Virus record (IMG/VR): IMGVR_UViG_3300009160_000053
Location: 1-55,898 of that record
Strand: one strand, 5' to 3'
DNA: 55,898 bases
DNA from: a virus
Taxonomy: Duplodnaviria > Caudoviricetes
Within the stretch, counting starts at the first letter, position 1; every line of letters begins with the position of its first letter. Positions 19,501-26,946 of this stretch are shown one piece after another. The translations under genes were made by a program, and so were the position numbers. Below the pieces are notes generated by a model. It was not told where the DNA came from, made no database searches, and saw only the letters and a program-made list of their open reading frames with translations.

Positions 19501-22500
19501 CCATGTTCTGTACCGGACCTTTTAGACCCATGTGTCTTTCAAGGGGTTGCAAGTAAGCAACGAGTGCAAGGTACTGAACGTACTCAGCAGGAGCTGAACC
19601 AGCAGCTGATACAAAGAGTGCGTTTCTTTCGTCGCGATTGATGATCTTGTTATCGGCTAAGTTGCCCAAGAAAGTCTGAGCCGCATCCCGGTTCATGTCC
19701 GCTATGTTCAGAACAAGGTTTCTCAGGCCTCGTTTTCCGGCCGGTGACTCAAGGATCCGAGTGGAGTCCTGCTGAGCCTTCTGCAAGTGCGACATCTCCA
19801 GACCACCCTCAGCGTTCGTCTCAACGATAAGGCGGTTAAGCCTTTCCTTGCCCTCTGGCGTTTTTGTATTTACTCGCTCCTCAAGCACTCGATATAGAAA
19901 CCATTTTCCAGAGTCCAAGTCGTCCGGCACTGGACCGTTTAATCCAGTAGCCAGTCTAGCCGCCAGTTCGAGGGTATACTGTCTACGGCCTTCGTCTTTG
20001 AATACCGAACCCAAGACCTGTTCGCGTCCGTTCCCAGCGACAACCATCCACTCGCCAACTGCTTCGTCAAAGATAAGCAGAGGAAGTCCTTGATTTGACG
20101 CCCCAGCACCCTCGTTAACAATGGTCTCAGGATTAAACTCCGAGCCCTCGATACGCATTATTTTAGCTCTCTCGTCGTTGCTGTATGCGTAGTTTCTTTG
20201 GTTGTCGCCGGTATACTTTTGATTTGAACTAAACTGCTTTGAACTTCCTTCGTGCGATGCTTGAACTTTAGAGCGATCTACCCAGGCAAACCTAAATTTG
20301 TGTAGCCCCTTCGTAGCGTCACGAACTGTCCGGCTATCCCCAAACTCAATAATCGAACCAGTCGGTATTTGTTTGTTGCTTTTGGCCTGGTTAGTTTCTC
20401 TGGCAAGCTCACGCCCAATCTCTTCCAAGTTTGGGGTGTCTGCTCTGACAAGCCCACCCTCTGTAAGACTTACAACGTTTTCAGTCTCAGGCGATACGAG
20501 ACGGATCAGATTCCCAATAACTTGGTTGTTCTGAGGGGGAGCGTTGGGGCCGTACTTCTCAAGTTGATATAGAATGTTGTCCGTGGCATCCAACAAACCG
20601 CCGAAGACTTGGTTCTGTTGAATGGTTAAACCAAGCTTACCGAGTAGATCAAACAAAGCTTGTCGGAGAGTCTTAAACCAGAAAGCTACGTAGCCGTCTT
20701 TAGGAGCACCTTTGAGCATAGCCTTGATTGACTGGACGTCCTCATCTGTTTGTCCGCTGCCCAAGTCTTCGGTTGAATACCCAAGCCGTGCTTTCTGGTG
20801 GACAAAACGGAGGTACTCAATTGTAAGCTTTCGCTCGCTAATATCTCTTCCGTACTTTGCGCGAAGCACTTCTTTCGCAGCTGGGTCTATCTCTTCGTTA
20901 GCTTTATCGAGAACAAATTCCATTGTTTCGACGTAGGCCTCTTGAGCCGTAACCTCACCATTCTGAATCCTGTCTTTATGAATTGTCGTAGCCATTGCGC
21001 GAATTGTTGCAAACAGTGAGTTGTGAAGCATCTCTTCTGAAGCGATCCCAATGAGATAACCCCTTCCAGCTTCGTTCAGTCTGCTTGAGAATTTTCGACC
21101 GACCAAATCCCGGTTTACCCTTAGCTTCTTTGGGTTAATGAATACGGTGTTGAAGTCTGTGTTATTCCACTCTGTCCAAGCACCCATGTCCCCACCGCGG
21201 TTACCGAAAAGAACTTTGACGTTCTTAAATTTTAGATCGGTAAGTGCTTTTGTGAAATCGTCAACTATGTCCTGTTCGTAATACGGTAGACGAGAAAACC
21301 TTTCATCGACCATCTGCCCATTCCGAAGTGTAGAGGCACGCCGTGGTACTCCCGCTTCTGCATCCTCGTTGTACAACGGTTCGTTTTCTACGGTTACCTC
21401 TGCAATCGAGTTCCTATCTACCCTCTTCGAATCTTTAAATGGGAGGCCAATTTGACACGACTCATCTTCTTTAACTACTCCTTGAGTCGCATCTAGCGTC
21501 CCCTGTTTTCGGCTTCTCCTATCTATCCGCGCCCTATCAGTCCAGGTATCAGCTGTTACAAGTTCTTTAATCTCAGGGATTGTTCTGGAGTTCAGCCGGA
21601 ATCCAGCCCTATGGAGCATCTGGTCGTGCTTGTCAGCGGCATCGTTTGGAGTCGCAATATAAACAACTCTTGGGGCTGTCCCAGTTTGGTCGTCCAGCGA
21701 AAGACCAGCACCCGCTTTTGTAGGAGTGGCTAAAGCGATCTTTTTATTGCCAGCTTGAAAGTCGTTAATATCCGAAGTCATCTGGTTGCCGCCTTCGCCG
21801 TAGATAACCGCAGGAGGAATACCTTCTTTGGAGAACATTTCGTTAAGCGTCTCAAGAAGCGACGGGTGCTCCCCAAGGCCAAGCTCGGGGAACGCAACAG
21901 AGTTAACGAACTCGCCGAAAACGATGACTTGTTTACCTTGTTCTAGATCTTGAAGGGCGGAGGTAACGATGTACGGCAGCTTGTTTATCTCGGACCAAGC
22001 CTCCAGCTTGAATCTCATCAACGCCTCAAACTCCTGCTTCTTCTTGCTTTGCTCTTCCGTAAGGAGTGAAGACCCGTCGCCAACTAGTTCTTGTATTTGT
22101 CTAAGGTAGTAGTTTTCAATTTGTTGAAGCTGCTTTTGGATTACGTCTCCGGCCTCAAGCTCAACCACACCAGAATACGGTCTCTGCCCTTCTGGAACTC
22201 TTCTAATATACGCACCAACTGTTGAGGCGCTTTCGGCAAGGTTTGCGATGGTTGTTTCCCGATCCTTGGATGTGTCCAGCATCGTACGAACGGTTTGCTC
22301 GGATTTGCCGAGGATGCCTGGGAGGAAATACATGACACCGTTCGCCCTGTCGGCCGGTGTGGCTGTTGAGAAGATTTTGAAAGCAGATGTCTCTTTGGAC
22401 ATCCTTGTCCGAATTGTTCCGGTATTCTTAAGGTTTTGAGATTCGTCGAATACGATGACATCTGCTGTTTCAATCCCCTTGATCTGACCCTTTGAGAAGG

Positions 22501-25500
22501 CATCGTAAGTATAGAAATACACCCGGTTTCTCGGAATGTTTGCGGCTGCTAACTGAGACTTCAGTCCGTTCCCGGCATCAATCAACTCGTTACTCTCTGT
22601 AATAACGATGATCTTTCCGTTGGTCTCGTTTTTGGCTTTTGCCTTATCGTCAGCAATATACCGAGCCGCACTTAAGAAGGTTCTCCCCTTACCAAGACCG
22701 GCATCGTCAGCTAGCAAAGCAGCGGTTCTTCCCTCCTTGTAAGCGTTTATGATGAGATTTGCTGCCTGCCTTTGGTGAGGCAAAAGATTGTTGTTTGGGC
22801 TAACTAGATTTGGAACAGCTTCGGGATTCCCAGTAGACAAGCTTTTAAGAGTTGGTTCGCTGATCCCGACGCCAGGCTTCTTGCTATTCAGAACCGCTTG
22901 CATTTCTTGAATAGCACGGAAAGCAGCTGCCCTGCGTGGCGAAAAGTCTAGCTTGTCTTGGATGTTTGCGACCTCGATGGATGTAAGAAGCCCAGCTTCT
23001 TCCAGCTCGCTCAGCATGTCTCTTGCCAAGCTTTGTGCTTCCAGATCGTTCTGAGTCAGCTGAACCTGTTTCTGCTCTCCCTGCAGTACCTTGAATATTT
23101 TCTGTGGTCCCTGGACAAGTTCGGGCAACTCACCAGTCTTTTGATATTTTTGGAAATCAAGGTCACGCTTCTCTTTGACGAAGGCAACCATGTCGTCAAC
23201 AAGTTTTGGTAGCGCTTTTGCCAATTCACCTGTTGAGGTCTTGTAACCGCCCTGGTTAAGCACCCCAGCTATTTCAGCCAATCTTGTAGTGTTCTTTGCC
23301 AACTCTTTCGGGTCACCGTTCTTTTTGCTGGCCTCGTCCAACGCGGCTCCCAAAAGAAACTTTTTTGCTGGGTCGCTGTTAAGGGAAGCAAAGTATGCGT
23401 TCTTGGCATTTTTCAATATGTCAGTTCTGACCTCGTTTTCGTCAAGATTTTTGGAAGGACTTCCGATTGTATCCTCAAGCGTGCCTGAGCCGTCGTCATC
23501 GCCTAAAGCAGTTTGAAGACTGATGGCCGCTTCCATCCCAACATTGCCACCAAGCCTACGTCCAAACTTCCTAGAGAAGTCACCAACCACTGAACGGAAG
23601 ATCCGGTCTTTAGAGATTTTCTTTGCGTCTACAGCCTGGAACGCTTCCTCGGCTTCGCCTTCCCCAAGGTTCTCCGTCCTATTTTTACGGAGATCATATT
23701 TCTTCCTGAGGGTTCTCCAGTAACGAAGACGAGCCGCGTTCGCCAGCCTGGTCTCGTCGAAGGACATATTCGGTCTGGATTTCTTTAGGTTCTTAGCCCT
23801 CTTCTGGAAATACTTCTCAGCTTCTCCAAGGTTTTTAGCTTCGTCAGGTGACTCAAGAAGATTGTTTATTTGATCGATGTACTCTGGGTTTTCTTCTGTA
23901 AGCCTAAGCTCACCCGTCACCTTCGAACCTTTTGAGTTTGTACGAGGCTTGCGCTTAATAACTGGCATGCCTTGCTGCAACCTTGAGAACCTTGCATTTA
24001 TGGAGGAGAGAGCCTCATTTACGTTGGTTGGGAGAGTCTCCTCAACCTCAAGCACATCTTTGACTTCTGCTTTTTCCTGAGTTGCATATTCTTTTGGGGC
24101 TTTCCAAGAACTTTGTACCGAGGAGACAAAGCCCCGCATAAAAGCAACTTGCTCTTCTTCTTTCTCGGGCCAAGGAAGGTTAGCCTGCTCAAGGACAGGG
24201 ATAATCTTGTCAGCAATATCGGGTAGAAGAATGTCCTTAGGGAACGCTTCTTGATCACCTTTAATCAGCCCTTGCGCTACGTACTCGTCCCGCAGTTTGG
24301 ATACATAAAAGTCTGTGGCGTAAGAAAGGCTTCTTTCGTACTTACTGTCTGGTTTAACTTCTCCAGCAGCAACACTATCATCAATAGGCGTTATTGAAGG
24401 AGCGACTGCCTCTGAACTTTGTTCAGCAGTCCCTGGCTGCACGTTTTCTTCAATAGGGACTTCTTCGTCGGTTGCGGTTGGGGTTTCTTTTTCTTGTGTC
24501 GTTGGTGCTTGCTGCTCATCAGTTGCCTCCGATTTTGGGGCTAAAGAATCTAAGTCAATAGCTTCATCTGAACCAAATATGTCTTCATTTTCCGGACGCT
24601 CCATTTCGGTCATTGGCTTTAAGCCTTGCGATAGCTCGGTTTCGAGACCGACATCGCTTCCCGCGGCTTCCGAAGTAAGCGGGGCATTTGGAATATCCTG
24701 CTTAGCAGCCGCACTCGATCGCCCTCTAGGGCGGAAACCCAGAGCGTTAATGACAAGACTCGCGATTGTTCCAGCAGCACCGCCAACCTGCGCGGATCTA
24801 TAAACATCCTCCATTACATCTTTTGTTGGATTATAGCCAAGTTTCTCAAAGAGGTTTGATGCGTACTGCTGAAACCATTCTTGTGTGAATTCTTCAACAC
24901 CCTCTTTACCAACCTCAAGAAGATATGCCCGGAGCCCTTTGCCAAATTGCCCACCAGTTGCGTCGTTAAGCTTGTCGATCCACCCGCTCATGGGTATTGC
25001 TTCGCTAATCCCAACAATCGCGTTAAGAGCCGCAAAAGTAGCTACTTGATCGGGATTTGCCCCCTGCTCGAAGGCTTTACGTGCCGAACCACCACCAGAC
25101 AAGGTTGCGCCAGTTGTCGCAGAGTAAGCCGTGGCTCCGACACCAAGTTCTCCAGCAATGCCACCGCCAACCATGATCCCAATGCTTTGCCCAATTCCAC
25201 TGGCTACTTGTCCCGTGAAAGATTCGTCCTGTTCTTTTGTGGTTGGTATTGAGGCGTTAACGTCCCGTTCGTAGTTTCTTGCCAGCTGATAGCCCCAAGT
25301 CGTATCGAGAGGGTAAGGTTTCCCCTGAGTCAGATAGCCCGTCATGCTTGTTACGTATCCAAGGGCATCTGCGGCACCAGTGACGTTAGAGTAAAAACCC
25401 TTCATCATGGAATTTGGAATAGACTTCGCTGCCTCAGTCGCGCCTTCTATTGCACCCTCAGCAAAGTTCTTTAAATACGAAGGCTCTTCTCCTTTTGACT

Positions 25501-25897
25501 GAAGCTTAAACTTTGCGTCTTGTGGCAATATTTCGGCTGAAACCGGCAAGTCATTCTCCTTACCCTGCTCAACTCTATCCAGAAGTTCGTTCAGACTTAT
25601 CTCTGTGTTTAGTTTTGGTGGCGGGGAGAATGGAGGGGGCTCGTTTGAAGAAGCGATTTCAATTGCAGTTGGAGGATTCGAGAACTGGGAAACCTCTCCA
25701 GATGGAGAAAGTGAAAGGGTTTTATTAAATTCCCCGGTGGCAGCTTCTAGCTCGGAAGCTTGAGGCTCAACCTCCATACGATCCAAGAGCTCGTATAGGC
25801 TCCCTGCCTCTGGGGCTTGGGGAACAGCGGGTGTTTCGCTTTCTTCAGTCTCGCCTAGTAACTGGTCGAAACTCTTAGTTGGATCAAATTGACTCAT
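10514..25897 (-). CDS. giant polyvalent internal virion/ejection protein (sigma-like, SF2 helicase, zincin-like, ParB-like, 2x LysM, degenerate GHKL)
   Basis: uninterrupted 5127-aa ORF at the end of the ejection-protein cluster; helicase motifs ADDAGLGKGRT, VFDESQ, STATP; VVAGNGR; LysM repeats; C-terminal GKWQADSIKIG-type motif. Confidence 0.85.
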   Translation of the reverse strand: MSQFDPTKSFDQLLGETEESETPAVPQAPEAGSLYELLDRMEVEPQASELEAATGEFNKTLSLSPSGEVSQFSNPPTAIEIASSNEPPPFSPPPKLNTEISLNELLDRVEQGKENDLPVSAEILPQDAKFKLQSKGEEPSYLKNFAEGAIEGATEAAKSIPNSMMKGFYSNVTGAADALGYVTSMTGYLTQGKPYPLDTTWGYQLARNYERDVNASIPTTKEQDESFTGQVASGIGQSIGIMVGGGIAGELGVGATAYSATTGATLSGGGSARKAFEQGANPDQVATFAALNAIVGISEAIPMSGWIDKLNDATGGQFGKGLRAYLLEVGKEGVEEFTQEWFQQYASNLFEKLGYNPTKDVMEDVYRSAQVGGAAGTIASLVINALGFRPRGRSSAAAKQDIPNAPLTSEAAGSDVGLETELSQGLKPMTEMERPENEDIFGSDEAIDLDSLAPKSEATDEQQAPTTQEKETPTATDEEVPIEENVQPGTAEQSSEAVAPSITPIDDSVAAGEVKPDSKYERSLSYATDFYVSKLRDEYVAQGLIKGDQEAFPKDILLPDIADKIIPVLEQANLPWPEKEEEQVAFMRGFVSSVQSSWKAPKEYATQEKAEVKDVLEVEETLPTNVNEALSSINARFSRLQQGMPVIKRKPRTNSKGSKVTGELRLTEENPEYIDQINNLLESPDEAKNLGEAEKYFQKRAKNLKKSRPNMSFDETRLANAARLRYWRTLRKKYDLRKNRTENLGEGEAEEAFQAVDAKKISKDRIFRSVVGDFSRKFGRRLGGNVGMEAAISLQTALGDDDGSGTLEDTIGSPSKNLDENEVRTDILKNAKNAYFASLNSDPAKKFLLGAALDEASKKNGDPKELAKNTTRLAEIAGVLNQGGYKTSTGELAKALPKLVDDMVAFVKEKRDLDFQKYQKTGELPELVQGPQKIFKVLQGEQKQVQLTQNDLEAQSLARDMLSELEEAGLLTSIEVANIQDKLDFSPRRAAAFRAIQEMQAVLNSKKPGVGISEPTLKSLSTGNPEAVPNLVSPNNNLLPHQRQAANLIINAYKEGRTAALLADDAGLGKGRTFLSAARYIADDKAKAKNETNGKIIVITESNELIDAGNGLKSQLAAANIPRNRVYFYTYDAFSKGQIKGIETADVIVFDESQNLKNTGTIRTRMSKETSAFKIFSTATPADRANGVMYFLPGILGKSEQTVRTMLDTSKDRETTIANLAESASTVGAYIRRVPEGQRPYSGVVELEAGDVIQKQLQQIENYYLRQIQELVGDGSSLLTEEQSKKKQEFEALMRFKLEAWSEINKLPYIVTSALQDLEQGKQVIVFGEFVNSVAFPELGLGEHPSLLETLNEMFSKEGIPPAVIYGEGGNQMTSDINDFQAGNKKIALATPTKAGAGLSLDDQTGTAPRVVYIATPNDAADKHDQMLHRAGFRLNSRTIPEIKELVTADTWTDRARIDRRSRKQGTLDATQGVVKEDESCQIGLPFKDSKRVDRNSIAEVTVENEPLYNEDAEAGVPRRASTLRNGQMVDERFSRLPYYEQDIVDDFTKALTDLKFKNVKVLFGNRGGDMGAWTEWNNTDFNTVFINPKKLRVNRDLVGRKFSSRLNEAGRGYLIGIASEEMLHNSLFATIRAMATTIHKDRIQNGEVTAQEAYVETMEFVLDKANEEIDPAAKEVLRAKYGRDISERKLTIEYLRFVHQKARLGYSTEDLGSGQTDEDVQSIKAMLKGAPKDGYVAFWFKTLRQALFDLLGKLGLTIQQNQVFGGLLDATDNILYQLEKYGPNAPPQNNQVIGNLIRLVSPETENVVSLTEGGLVRADTPNLEEIGRELARETNQAKSNKQIPTGSIIEFGDSRTVRDATKGLHKFRFAWVDRSKVQASHEGSSKQFSSNQKYTGDNQRNYAYSNDERAKIMRIEGSEFNPETIVNEGAGASNQGLPLLIFDEAVGEWMVVAGNGREQVLGSVFKDEGRRQYTLELAARLATGLNGPVPDDLDSGKWFLYRVLEERVNTKTPEGKERLNRLIVETNAEGGLEMSHLQKAQQDSTRILESPAGKRGLRNLVLNIADMNRDAAQTFLGNLADNKIINRDERNALFVSAAGSAPAEYVQYLALVAYLQPLERHMGLKGPVQNMANEIMDQGVEKNLYLLMAQASAASESMGEEAGAKYKAFFSRIMNQMLSQKARGEQALVAIRDLASKERDLLDEVGAAPSAYPEVEADNDFKALVAFIAEKIAPTTKISNGKTRYTAKSKTLFNVILDELASSLSENAREGNAADMFALSPIQKAMESVTTRLRHIEKNSNEELEANEFSSAGEVTEPNQPLSEMEELRARIRDTKQKLNLERKKAEIENYIQARDKARASIQKPVYNLDGEEVLNQEPQYQAKDYNDPFNEMGDEEWYEGMDVNTAEEEGSTEQYASNFEFIAARTGNAVTPERMELNDIKLERHGRNLADLSVFEETPHDDDTALNKGFASRAEYNRLLSAIEEAGLGAYYKIKDPLNKLSQDDEWLSSVLEKLKERADLRKFWMGLSGENKLIEPVYRIPEVKDPVVDILFGPLSKALEVRKTNNSIQSFEDEAIRKLVDVQIATKRTIEFLEAIGYDEKSKKLLDVAKQASAAYEKFIQTSVSVQDITSSDAEWNAATGKWEDKKERLNKAPAPLDPELRKKIGKTIKEIDTRAIIAATNTPSNVKRVAQLRSALALSNANVAALDKMVADKKKEIATQGAWEQIEKRGELKKLTKVLADLEKTRKRELAKQHELSDIFYRAVDTEHISKITVKEGERTKLTPSQVENISPTITAEMKRRGMLQRGTSDLYEKTVEWVFPANFVGLGNREEKVISAQVVFQENPGLGMIVRFNSNQNTNGDFRLPVFVNGASVPNLHSEYAASAFYDKVNGLVITRFQGRERVSIRTILPVAPDLEFVKRVELKLEEREKELLAKPVITGMRVKNSALFKNEPARDERGRYMWEFQLTPESPDFTSKSLGTTPSKLYKGKRYGGTKSGTLTNANSKSRKVYVRARTADEAVQEAIRRLGEFGDIYYKGKWYGKAIPTKTEKVLETKQEKLDEDPISFSQAEVRSALYNRRMDLLLQAIQRGRDSQKGFDHIVRNEAEAYLAYKFENGASLVDPDVVRIAKEFGLWTISNGKVNNQGLRKLQELALAQATPKSMSVVNRGNKQSATGPMRDVSQNFLFQASKAKTIDVPVAEKEYVVPEGRQRTSDEVLADIAAKNGVSVADLKAANTLVMGKAVAGSTLIIPGTSKSVEVPNFFEEPETLTALELASRNGITKAEMLSYNKLPADYVPKPGDIIKFPGSGTTNNLEELALKIIKNRDHVTFPQMVFKDRAPQGVRLVDRDGEFVGSGVVSFEGDLFAYKGNYNVDALARDELFNAVSTATPWDVVQAVNEIFYKFRDAGSDKTKIKVTIDKVNQKVTVSQDEHGYSYGEITDWVFGSFQDGKSRTDLSLVAPLCEIDARTVKNGVLTTVQSTPQSLQSEQEEEFPVVTRNNDYGAETGIRNGTTITIKIPPVVSLPGGFKKVPIFYFPNAIDLGSLPKRGNQELEYTEISQTGKATNRLGKGEAVQSYDNPGRDEQGLKKDAKSAKEKVFKTFKFYIDNILMDTTGSTSRYGALSRIAAKMVARGDNYRGQVYKKTGLLVFRLKNDLDSGTIRLVENRNDSYSGSGSVRSGEEREQALSGMSEARRKEGRSKTQGFAGQLSADTRLGEEIKSASALRDFKYSVRTQPLRAEEMIQLIQRVGGAELAANALLSPDIEVRDDDLRAIKDGTTTHFDNIVILNTILIQQLEKAAKANPTRSEELRALQFGIAKKQADIGTSLAQGLRAFGGYTRIGAAGWMWFATNAKQVERLRQVGLFAADIQKGKMAGDEAIEKALGKVFDSPDVQKLGSLIDEAANNGVWAQLLLKAKYISSTSAEWQRMSTNTLSTVLDQQIKTAKEMIALLKGAEETQEKQRQLSATIAEGTAALLQKGTGTLDQAASELGVSKEKMLENIEKAQDVLDEESEKTTGEYRNHLWKRFGNTKLLDDQNDLAGVGSAKPGQAVSRASRAILDNVINGFVQNFEKALANKDKERLLPHETAVGIIRRILKERIQLKAEGQLILTRSRLSQEQRKLLSLKRFRDAMNSWESLGQAIDIVNRQLAESVDEGSYPKIMQAMSEAMDEPFTKSDIRAFMTTPAFNFKDFVFNRRYLLAGRKAEVLAELTKELRVSGIEVKPETLNRVLTKVSEELETLAKEEFQKSMQRLFGKADNKATRVIKENAGSIVKLALTGNLTDEDIYKFIAKKLKLQNEDWSISKQSAEKIRELAEEIVNDPNGPNSRSAATKTLDILDEIKKDSGVTVLEAFVGQFYTNILQGVKTISVNLLSPIGNTLNLVSILGMRAAKEKSFSSTKAVYKALPRALNTAFVEVVDLLATGDSAGKALAPGKTLASRISGRPLPEIMAEGGVRINAESSFGRWISGMAELWFGWNRKGIWPKIAISKGVWDKTFKLVRGAAKVAGVGTVRAPAYPETTPVIQVSPTGLGVLISRLYNSLDLGTTTFYTEICAALAAEDVVKDLQNNYQGLAPKADMLLSTDLKNVLQLGRQIAGRNEYLPNGFEGPGIVQELEAEARQERGERLKPGTLDFRQELYLRMRRNRGVNNSYWNRVWNKGSQSEKVAIDRMVGAITEDAFFLGTVMANTNKPIGVLGKLSKLLEGWSNEHLAAKLVQPFYGIVTSVYQNWLNWVGYGLLKSGSDTVTVYGEGKRTKPSDMKAMELGSGIFGMVALAAGIAAIIGRMCDDDKEEKEHFIDFSGRGPTDFAYKQALIDSGKWQADSIKIGNFWFKNPNWSPTYLVFKALGYMSDYSKYEKPDQAASSEVAMQFTLAAFKSFGAGVLDVPFLGGVKTLSDLSNLESATWDRKAVGFLMKTGSSLAFGNLLTEADRKIFPEKTDKFGNVHSATGVMAMALGNIPFLRNFNKPMTNVLGEPMLSDGASVPKDNWDRAKQALFNYADIVLRYRDNPDPLWSELAKQRAWVSMPDRIVRVRGITLNDEQRDDWVMERARVLRERLRDPEWVKELPSRGAGDVQNEITRLTGKANKLADVLVLNKYELWDKASERKQMTRELGPRNVD

Positions 25898-26937
25898 TGG
25901 CCAGATAGGATTTCATAGTTGATTATGTTCAGCTCTCCCTTTTCTTGGCCGGCCAGTGCTTCTTGGTACTGTTGTTCAGTGACTAGCGGTTTAAACGTTT
26001 TACCGTTTCTAATAACCGTAAGCCGATACTTAGCTTCTTTTGGAAGAATGGTCTTCTCCATCATTCCGACACCTTGATCGTTATTAAATACTCCTCTTTT
26101 TGTTTGACTACCCTTAGCGAGCATTTCAGACAACTTAGTTTCTGCTTCTTGTACTTTTTTTTCTTGGGCTTCCATCGCTTTCGTATTACCGCTGGCAACC
26201 GCTTGCCCGTAAATTGTCTTCTCGGTTCTTAAGTTTTCTTGCGAGTTCTGAATAAGAGTCTTTATATCTTCTCTTTCGTTATCTTGATTCTTGTTTGCGC
26301 TGTTTACCGTAATTTCCATCAGTTTTGACATATACGCAGGATTTCTTTGTAACGCTTGTTTGGCTGCGTATGTTCCGGCATCCCGCAAAGCAGCTGCATG
26401 ACCCTGCGAAAGCTCTGAAATAGGAACTCCAGATTGAAGTAATGTGCGAGCCTCGTCCGCAATCCCACGCGCAACCGGATCCTTCAGAGTGGTGGAGAAG
26501 GTAGTAAGATTGTTAATGTCTTCGAGGCGATGCTTTTGACCTGCGGAAGCAGCGAGAAGGTTTGCCCTGTTTAGGTTGAATGCCTCTCTCTGCTGGTTGT
26601 TAAATATTGCAACTGCTCTTGGCGAAGCCCCCTCAAGCTCAATGGGCTTATACTGCGCTCTTTTCAAACCTTCGAAGTCTTCGACTGAAGCCATATTATA
26701 AAGATCTGTATTTTGACCTTGAACTTGAGATGTTCCAAAGATTGTTGCTTTCTCAAGGTCACGCTTCTGCTCCATTTCCTCCAGCTGATATTTTCGGATT
26801 ACCTGCTCTTGTTCAAAAGCTTTGGCGCGCATGGACTGATCCTCAGACGCACGAGCTTCGCGCATTCCCATAAGGACGTTGCTAAACAGTCCTTGAAAGT
26901 TTGCAGCTGTGTTACGTGCGTAGAGATCCGGGTCCAT
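25894..26937 (-). CDS. putative internal virion (ejection) protein
   Basis: alpha-helical, Q/A/E-rich; lies between the pilot-like gene and the giant gene; ATGA coupling. Confidence 0.6.
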   Translation of the reverse strand: MDPDLYARNTAANFQGLFSNVLMGMREARASEDQSMRAKAFEQEQVIRKYQLEEMEQKRDLEKATIFGTSQVQGQNTDLYNMASVEDFEGLKRAQYKPIELEGASPRAVAIFNNQQREAFNLNRANLLAASAGQKHRLEDINNLTTFSTTLKDPVARGIADEARTLLQSGVPISELSQGHAAALRDAGTYAAKQALQRNPAYMSKLMEITVNSANKNQDNEREDIKTLIQNSQENLRTEKTIYGQAVASGNTKAMEAQEKKVQEAETKLSEMLAKGSQTKRGVFNNDQGVGMMEKTILPKEAKYRLTVIRNGKTFKPLVTEQQYQEALAGQEKGELNIINYEILSGQ

Positions 26938-26946
26938 ATATTCCGG

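Noticed and set aside
10614-25728. Many + strand and alternate-frame ORFs within late genes
   Set aside because: Antisense shadows of long, motif-bearing - strand genes, without RBS or recognisable motifs
10514-25897. Giant protein as an N4- or crAss-like virion RNA polymerase
   Set aside because: I found no DxDGD/DFDID or T7-type polymerase motifs in a credible context
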